From positions 1-55,353 of the forward strand of contig JAZDFW010000089.1 of the NCBI GenBank assembly GCA_043807505.1: 55,353 bases of DNA. Direction: 5' to 3'. Numbering within the stretch: the first letter of the stretch is position 1; the number at the start of each line of letters is the position of its first letter. Under the pieces are notes generated by a model that ran no database searches, was not told where the DNA came from, and worked only from the letters and a program-made list of their open reading frames with translations. The DNA is from Candidatus Omnitrophota bacterium. GTDB taxonomy: Bacteria > Omnitrophota > Gorgyraeia > Gygaellales > Profunditerraquicolaceae. The translations under genes and the position numbers were made by a program. This document shows, piece after piece, positions 50,583 to 55,353 of the stretch.

Positions 50583-50755
50583 TATTTATTCGTCCTTGAT
50601 TTTATAAAATCTTCTAAATCCTCGGGTTTAACGCGCCACTGTCCTATTTTAGTAGCCCGAATTTGCTTCTCCCGAATAAGCTCACGGATTCTATACTCAG
50701 TAAGGCCTAATTGTTTAGCAACCCGTCTGACTGTAAGGTAATCTTTTATAGTCAT
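50582..50755 (-). CDS. excisionase/AlpA-type helix-turn-helix DNA-binding protein (57 aa)
   Basis: My own translation gives MTIKDYLTVRRVAKQLGLTEYRIRELIREKQIRATKIGQWRVKPEDLEDFIKSRTNK, which fits the HTH_17/excisionase pattern (L(T/S)..E(V/A)A..LG(V/L)S...I..L...G.I.A.K.G..WR). It is below the ORF-track length cut-off. The stop overlaps the radC-remnant ATG (TAATG). Confidence 0.7.
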   Translation of the reverse strand: MTIKDYLTVRRVAKQLGLTEYRIRELIREKQIRATKIGQWRVKPEDLEDFIKSRTNK

Positions 50756-50764
50756 AACCCCTCT

Positions 50765-50798
50765 CTAATGTTAGTACACATTAGTTCACATTATACCA
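50765..50798 (-). promoter_or_regulatory. extended -10 promoter plus a perfect 7-bp palindrome upstream of the HTH gene
   Basis: The minus strand has TGGTATAAT (50790-50798). Next comes CTAATGT-6 nt-ACATTAG (50765-50784), lying between the -10 element and the RBS. Confidence 0.45.
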
Positions 50799-50800
50799 CT

Positions 50801-52093
50801 TTATAGAAAAAATTCCTCGCCATCTTTTAGTATCAGTACATTTTTGAAAAGTACCGGATATTCTTCAGCCTCAAAGGTATGTATTGGTATAAGCGTCTTA
50901 GGATTTATGCCACTAGCAAATGATTCAAGATCTTCTTTTGTGGCATGGCCGCTTGTATGAACGTATTCTACAGATAACCCCTTGTCTTTACAAAATGCCC
51001 TAAATCCTTCGGAAAGATATCCATCCCACATAGAATATGCTATCTTAGCACCTGCCACATCCTTAATTTTATTTAAAAACAATGGAAAGACGGAATTATC
51101 ACGCGCAAGCATAAGAATTCTATTCTTGTTCCTACTAATTTCGGGCATTTCAATCTTTCTTTTGTTGTAGATATAGAGCAAGTCTATGTGGCCCGCTCTT
51201 TCAAGCGCCTTCGCATGGGTATTAAGAAACTTGACTCTAATATTCTTCCAATTAAACTGAGGAATTCGATCAGAGACTTTTTTGAGTTTATCCAGAATAA
51301 AAGCTGTATAAATATCAATGACGAAGATTGAATCAGTCTTAAGGCACGCTCTGTATGCCGAGACAATTCTGTCGATATTCTGAGATGAAGTAAAGAAAAA
51401 GGTTATATTCTTTCTTTCCCTCAGAATTTCCTCAAGCCGGTTTTCAACATCTCCCTCAGCTTTATACTGAGCATCCTCTCTGCCAAGCGCTGAACCCTCC
51501 ATAAGCAAACAGTCTATATTCTGGGGTGGACTCTTAATAATCTGCTTAAATAATTTAGCTTTTCTCCCATGGGCTCTAAAATCTCCGGAATAAAATAGCC
51601 TCTTTCCATCTGCCTCAATCAGGAAGGCAAAGGCATCAAAAGCAGAGTGATCAACCAGAAACGGCTGAATGATAAAATCACCTATTCTAAACCGCTTCTT
51701 ATTGCTGATTATGTTTGTATTTATCTTGCCGACTTTGGTGGGGACAAAGATATTGGAAACGTCTATAAGAATGCCGGCGCCTCGACTTAAATAAATCGGT
51801 ATTTCCGGATTAACATATTGAAGAAAACCGTAATGATCAAGGTGAGAATGAGAAATCAATATTCCGTCTATCTCTTTTTTCTCATCCTTATAGAGCCCCT
51901 TTATGTCGGGAAGGATACCTTGTGCCCTGAGATCCTGTATTGTCTTACCTTTGAGCAAATTCGCATCAAATGGTTTACAGTCACGAGTGACCAAGGGAAT
52001 GCCGAAATCAATCAATATCCTATTGTTAGCCGCCTTTAGCTCAACACAACTTCCGCCTATTTCATGAGTACCACGGTGAACGATTATTTTCAT
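50801..52093 (-). CDS. metallo-beta-lactamase-fold nuclease of the beta-CASP type (RNase J/SNM1-like)
   Basis: SHSHLDHYG (HxHxDH), VDHS and YSGDF, a beta-CASP insert, HTSGHA (motif B) and IPIHT (motif C). 430 aa. Confidence 0.75.
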   Translation of the reverse strand: MKIIVHRGTHEIGGSCVELKAANNRILIDFGIPLVTRDCKPFDANLLKGKTIQDLRAQGILPDIKGLYKDEKKEIDGILISHSHLDHYGFLQYVNPEIPIYLSRGAGILIDVSNIFVPTKVGKINTNIISNKKRFRIGDFIIQPFLVDHSAFDAFAFLIEADGKRLFYSGDFRAHGRKAKLFKQIIKSPPQNIDCLLMEGSALGREDAQYKAEGDVENRLEEILRERKNITFFFTSSQNIDRIVSAYRACLKTDSIFVIDIYTAFILDKLKKVSDRIPQFNWKNIRVKFLNTHAKALERAGHIDLLYIYNKRKIEMPEISRNKNRILMLARDNSVFPLFLNKIKDVAGAKIAYSMWDGYLSEGFRAFCKDKGLSVEYVHTSGHATKEDLESFASGINPKTLIPIHTFEAEEYPVLFKNVLILKDGEEFFL

Positions 52094-52986
52094 ATATTAA
52101 ACGGGTTTCCGTCAGGATTTTCCCACCAACGAGATGGCAATTCAATTATTCTGAGCTTCACTTGGCCTTTAAGCGGCCATTCAGGTATTTTGTGTGGTTT
52201 TATTACTACTGCAATTGCTTCAATGCCTTTTTGACTAAAATCATAATTGCCTAAAGGCATATAGTGTTCTCTTATCATTTCTTCAGGGGTACCTAACTCC
52301 GGATCAAACTTACTTCCACTATGCAAAAACCAGTTTGAATAATCTTGCAGTTCATTGATAGCGGTACTTAAATTGTAATCTTTCTTCAATTCTACTATTA
52401 CACTTTTTCCATCTCTGTTAAGACTAAATAAATCAATATGAAAAGCTCTTCTTCTCGTCTTTGACGGTTTTACTACTACTGGAACTTGTGAAACCACATT
52501 ACTCAAATCTGTGTTAATACCTAGATGCTCCCGGGCACGTTTCCCTCCTTCAGTGTCAGATAAAATCAGGCTTTCAAGCCAATGTTCCATCGAAAACCCG
52601 GGGATCATTCGTTTCTGTCTCGGGTGCTCTACAAAATCAGGCCGCTCCATAATTGGCTGTACAATTTTCAAGAATTCACTTACTTTATCTAAGGTTTGGC
52701 CTTCTGATATTTTTAAAGCTCTCCTTACTTTACTATTTCTGACTTCTAAAGTAAGTTTATACTTATTCTCAGAAGTAAGCTGCAATAACTCAAGTCCGCA
52801 ATACCTAAAACTAATATGCTTACTAACAAATGCTAATCTTGGCGTTACCACAAGATTTTTGCCATCAATAAATGGTTGAAAGAGATCTTCAACCTCTTTT
52901 ATCCGCTCTTGCGTTATTTTCCATCCGGCCTCCTGAAACTCTTTGGTTTGGACGGTTTGTATAGCAAAATAGTTGAATAGGCTCAT
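52090..52986 (-). CDS. protein with a C-terminal NucS/DUF91-like PD-(D/E)xK nuclease domain; N-terminal domain unknown
   Basis: EHWLESLIL...HIDLFSLNRDGKSVIVELKKDYNLSTAINELQDY matches the E...D...E-x-K...Q..Y layout of NucS-type nucleases. Its stop overlaps the MBL start (4 nt). Confidence 0.55.
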   Translation of the reverse strand: MSLFNYFAIQTVQTKEFQEAGWKITQERIKEVEDLFQPFIDGKNLVVTPRLAFVSKHISFRYCGLELLQLTSENKYKLTLEVRNSKVRRALKISEGQTLDKVSEFLKIVQPIMERPDFVEHPRQKRMIPGFSMEHWLESLILSDTEGGKRAREHLGINTDLSNVVSQVPVVVKPSKTRRRAFHIDLFSLNRDGKSVIVELKKDYNLSTAINELQDYSNWFLHSGSKFDPELGTPEEMIREHYMPLGNYDFSQKGIEAIAVVIKPHKIPEWPLKGQVKLRIIELPSRWWENPDGNPFNI

Positions 52987-53002
52987 AGTTTTCCCAAATT
53001 TA

Positions 53003-54493
53003 TTATTTAGAAGATATATTACCCAGCGAATCCAATATTTCTATCATACCCTTTGTATCTAAATCACAATACTTCTCAAGAGCGGCACGGATGCGCTGAC
53101 GCTCCTTTTCGGCAACTTCTTTCCCAAAAGTTACCCGACAATACTCAATACTCGCCATCCCACCATCAGCTATTTCCATGTTATTGTAGTTCGATTTTGT
53201 CATTACAGGGAGAACGCTCTTGAGCGAAGCGCTCCCTGCTTGGTCTGGATGGTAATAAAGAAAACCTCGGAAAGGTGTAAGTAGATCAACAACGCGCTCC
53301 TCCACCGATGTCACCCATCCTTGATACTCAGGATATGCCTCGCTTGCATGCCGAAGCGTTGTCTTCTCAAACGTAGCGTTGTAAGCAATAACTGATCCTG
53401 AATTTCCTAACAACGCTTTTAATTGCTTTAGAATCTCAGGTCTTGGGTCTTTATCCCCGGGCGCAAGATATGAGTGGTGCTCGGGTTTCATGCCTTTCTC
53501 TTTGATTACATATAAAGAATATTGAAAAGGGATCGCTTCAAACGGCCTAGAATTATCATAAGCAGGTATTGCCGGGTTAATCGTTTCGAAATCAAGGAAA
53601 TAAAGAGGGTACTCTAACGTGTATAGAAAGTCCTTTATCCCTTTCTTATCAACGTGAGGAAGGTTTGTTTTACAACATTTGACCTGGATACTCTGCTTAT
53701 CGCTCAGTTTTACATCGTCTTTGATATCGGCAATACTCAATACCCCGCGCTCTAATAGCTCATAGGCCTTCTTTTTACCCGAATACAAACAAAAGATATC
53801 ACCTTTTTCAGGCAGAAAGCCCCAACATATATCCTCAAGCGGACATGGATATGGGCTATCACAATGCGGACCTACTTTTACTTGCAACGCATCCTGTTTC
53901 TTTATTATCTCAAGCATATCGGCTATGTTTTGCTCTATTTCCGGAATGAGCTCATCGCATTGTTTAGTGACATCTTCTGTGGCAAATAGTTTCTTCGGCT
54001 CTATCGCTCCTTTACGCACATATTGGTTATTGATATACATGAGGTAACACTTGCGGATCTTCAGGCCTGAGCCTTCATATAAATACTTTTGAAAGGCGAC
54101 GTCATTATAATGCTCATCCTTTACGCTGCTGGAGCTTTTCACTTCAATGAGATCCCATGCGCCCTTCTCAACTGGGTTAAGTATATCGGCTAGGGCATAG
54201 CCTTGTTTATGCACAAAACATGCTTCAAAAAGAGGTTTTCGAAGCTTGGCGGCCTCCAAAGACTTTGTTGCCTGTTTAGCTGGATCATAGTCTCTTCCGA
54301 GAACAATGCCACCGGGAAAGAGTGTATGTGCTAGCTTTCCGACAACCGTGCCTTGATCCATTATAGCCTGTGTAGCAGCATCAATCTCCGGCAGGTCTTC
54401 CTTGCGGTTATACTCATACCATAGAAGCTTATGGCATTTAAGCCCTTCGAGGTATTTAGTTTTGGACAAAAATGGAGATGGTCTATTTTTCAT
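53003..54493 (-). CDS. DUF2779-type protein: Cas4/RecB-like PD-(D/E)xK nuclease (with Cys cluster) plus a C-terminal RNase H/DnaQ-like domain
   Basis: LSKTKYLEGLKCHKLLWYEY is a DUF2779-type N-terminus. Also DLIEVKSSS (D..E-x-K), CDSPYPCPLEDIC (3 Cys, plus the N-terminal Cys as in Cas4/AddB Fe-S nucleases) and YFLDFETINPAIP...PFQYS. Confidence 0.7.
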   Translation of the reverse strand: MKNRPSPFLSKTKYLEGLKCHKLLWYEYNRKEDLPEIDAATQAIMDQGTVVGKLAHTLFPGGIVLGRDYDPAKQATKSLEAAKLRKPLFEACFVHKQGYALADILNPVEKGAWDLIEVKSSSSVKDEHYNDVAFQKYLYEGSGLKIRKCYLMYINNQYVRKGAIEPKKLFATEDVTKQCDELIPEIEQNIADMLEIIKKQDALQVKVGPHCDSPYPCPLEDICWGFLPEKGDIFCLYSGKKKAYELLERGVLSIADIKDDVKLSDKQSIQVKCCKTNLPHVDKKGIKDFLYTLEYPLYFLDFETINPAIPAYDNSRPFEAIPFQYSLYVIKEKGMKPEHHSYLAPGDKDPRPEILKQLKALLGNSGSVIAYNATFEKTTLRHASEAYPEYQGWVTSVEERVVDLLTPFRGFLYYHPDQAGSASLKSVLPVMTKSNYNNMEIADGGMASIEYCRVTFGKEVAEKERQRIRAALEKYCDLDTKGMIEILDSLGNISSK

Positions 54494-54499
54494 ATTCCG

Positions 54500-55033
54500 C
54501 TATTTGAGCTCTACAGGACCATGATCAGGAAGTGCCTTTTCCTTGGTCCTCACCAATTCCAAAAAATATGCATATTTTGTACCACGTATCTCAGGATTTG
54601 CTTGCTGCCGCAATAAAATCCGCAGCTTGCGTTTATCATATTTTCTATTTATCTCACTTTGGTCGTTACCCCATTGTGTTTTATACTTGATTTCGCATAC
54701 CCAGAGCATGGGTTCATTTACCTTTTTGTCGCCATCATTAAATCCAGAGCCCTCATAAATAACGATGTCCGGGTGATATCTTTCTCCTTTTTTGATATAG
54801 GTCAATGGGTTACAATAAACCCGCTCAAACCTCGCTTCTTTATTCATGTATTTTTTATAACAATGGGTTGTTTTGTCAAGGTGCTCAAGGGCTCCTTTTA
54901 TCCTTACATAAAGCTCCCCGTGCACATCGGTCTCAGAGTCCCACAAATACGGATATTTCTTCCATTCTTTTACAAATTTACTCACTTCTCTTTCAGCGAT
55001 TTTAACTATTTTCTTTTCGTTCTTTTTATTCAT
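54500..55033 (-). CDS. small PD-(D/E)xK-like protein, function unknown
   Basis: HPDIVIY...WVCEIKY reads as a classical PD...E-x-K core. I prefer the start at the ATG at 55031-55033 (MNKKNEKK) because it forms an ATGA overlap with the upstream ORF's stop. The track ORF starts 10 codons earlier. Confidence 0.5.
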   Translation of the reverse strand: MNKKNEKKIVKIAEREVSKFVKEWKKYPYLWDSETDVHGELYVRIKGALEHLDKTTHCYKKYMNKEARFERVYCNPLTYIKKGERYHPDIVIYEGSGFNDGDKKVNEPMLWVCEIKYKTQWGNDQSEINRKYDKRKLRILLRQQANPEIRGTKYAYFLELVRTKEKALPDHGPVELK

Positions 55034-55353
55034 TGGGCAATCCTTTGCGTTAAATGTTCCCACTGATTTTTAATCTTGATACTGCTGGGTAGATCGGTAT
55101 ATTTCTGCCAGGGCCTCGGGAGAAGCCCCCTATAAATCTTGTTCTCTTCTTTCATAGATGAATACAAATCCGGAATGGGATAGATACCGCCTTTTATTTT
55201 TATCCCTTCCGCAGCGGCACGTACAAAAGGAGAAATTTCTCGAACGGCAGATAAAAGATGCCGCGGATGAGACGGGACGCGAATTATCACCCATTTATTC
55301 AACAGCCCGCACTTATCAACAGCCGCTGACAGAGAAAGGAAGTAGCCTCGCGG
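55030..55353 (-). CDS. C-terminal part of an unidentified protein; reading frame open to the right edge
   Basis: The minus-strand frame is open from 55353 (PRGYFLSLSAAVDKCGLLNKWVIIRVPSHPRH...) to the stop at 55030. I recognise no motif. It is translationally coupled to the next gene. Confidence 0.45.
   Translation of the reverse strand, partial: PRGYFLSLSAAVDKCGLLNKWVIIRVPSHPRHLLSAVREISPFVRAAAEGIKIKGGIYPIPDLYSSMKEENKIYRGLLPRPWQKYTDLPSSIKIKNQWEHLTQRIAQ

Noticed and set aside
50457-50755. Reading the HTH gene plus the 41-codon ORF as a toxin-antitoxin pair
   Set aside because: The second ORF is recognisably the N-terminus of RadC and is truncated. A gene remnant explains it better than a toxin does.

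Overview
This is a 55.3-kb, AT-rich bacterial contig from a diderm organism (LPS genes are present). Every credible gene, about 50 in total, lies on the minus strand; the plus-strand ORFs in the track look like shadow ORFs. I saw no rRNA, tRNA or CRISPR array.

Positions 1 to ~42.6 kb are housekeeping:
- ispG-rseP-dxr-cdsA-uppS
- a GH57/DUF4912 pair
- two lipoproteins, one OmpA-like
- purA
- an HMGL-type synthase
- a secreted surface-protein cluster (hydrolase/DUF11/Ig-repeat protein, NHL propeller, 6xCARDB giant protein)
- serA plus a class-V aminotransferase
- clpP
- a trigger factor lacking the PPIase domain
- a ~17-kb gap-free LPS super-operon: lptB, lptC/A-like, kdsC/D/A/B, heptose kinase, GT9/GT4 glycosyltransferases with domain fusions, a CE4 deacetylase, an LpxL-ELM1 fusion and lpxK
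- a STAS-PilZ protein
- a cold-shock gene with a consensus promoter

From ~42.9 kb to the right edge is a mosaic accessory or defence island:
- a SWIM-finger protein plus a small partner
- a 2-TM peptide translationally coupled to a short SIR2 (NADase-type) protein, bracketed by two copies of a ~54-bp inverted-repeat element
- a very AT-rich three-gene R-M module (RadC/JAB fused to a D12 m6A methyltransferase, a second Dam-like methyltransferase, and an AlwI-like endonuclease), lying next to a truncated radC remnant and an excisionase-type HTH gene
- a tightly coupled operon of at least 5 genes that is rich in nucleases and runs off the right edge: a partial ORF, a small PD-ExK protein, a DUF2779 Cas4-like plus DnaQ-like protein, a NucS-like PD-(D/E)xK protein, and a beta-CASP metallo-beta-lactamase

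The nuclease operon matches no defence system I can name and is my best candidate for an undescribed system. The TM-SIR2 pair is second.
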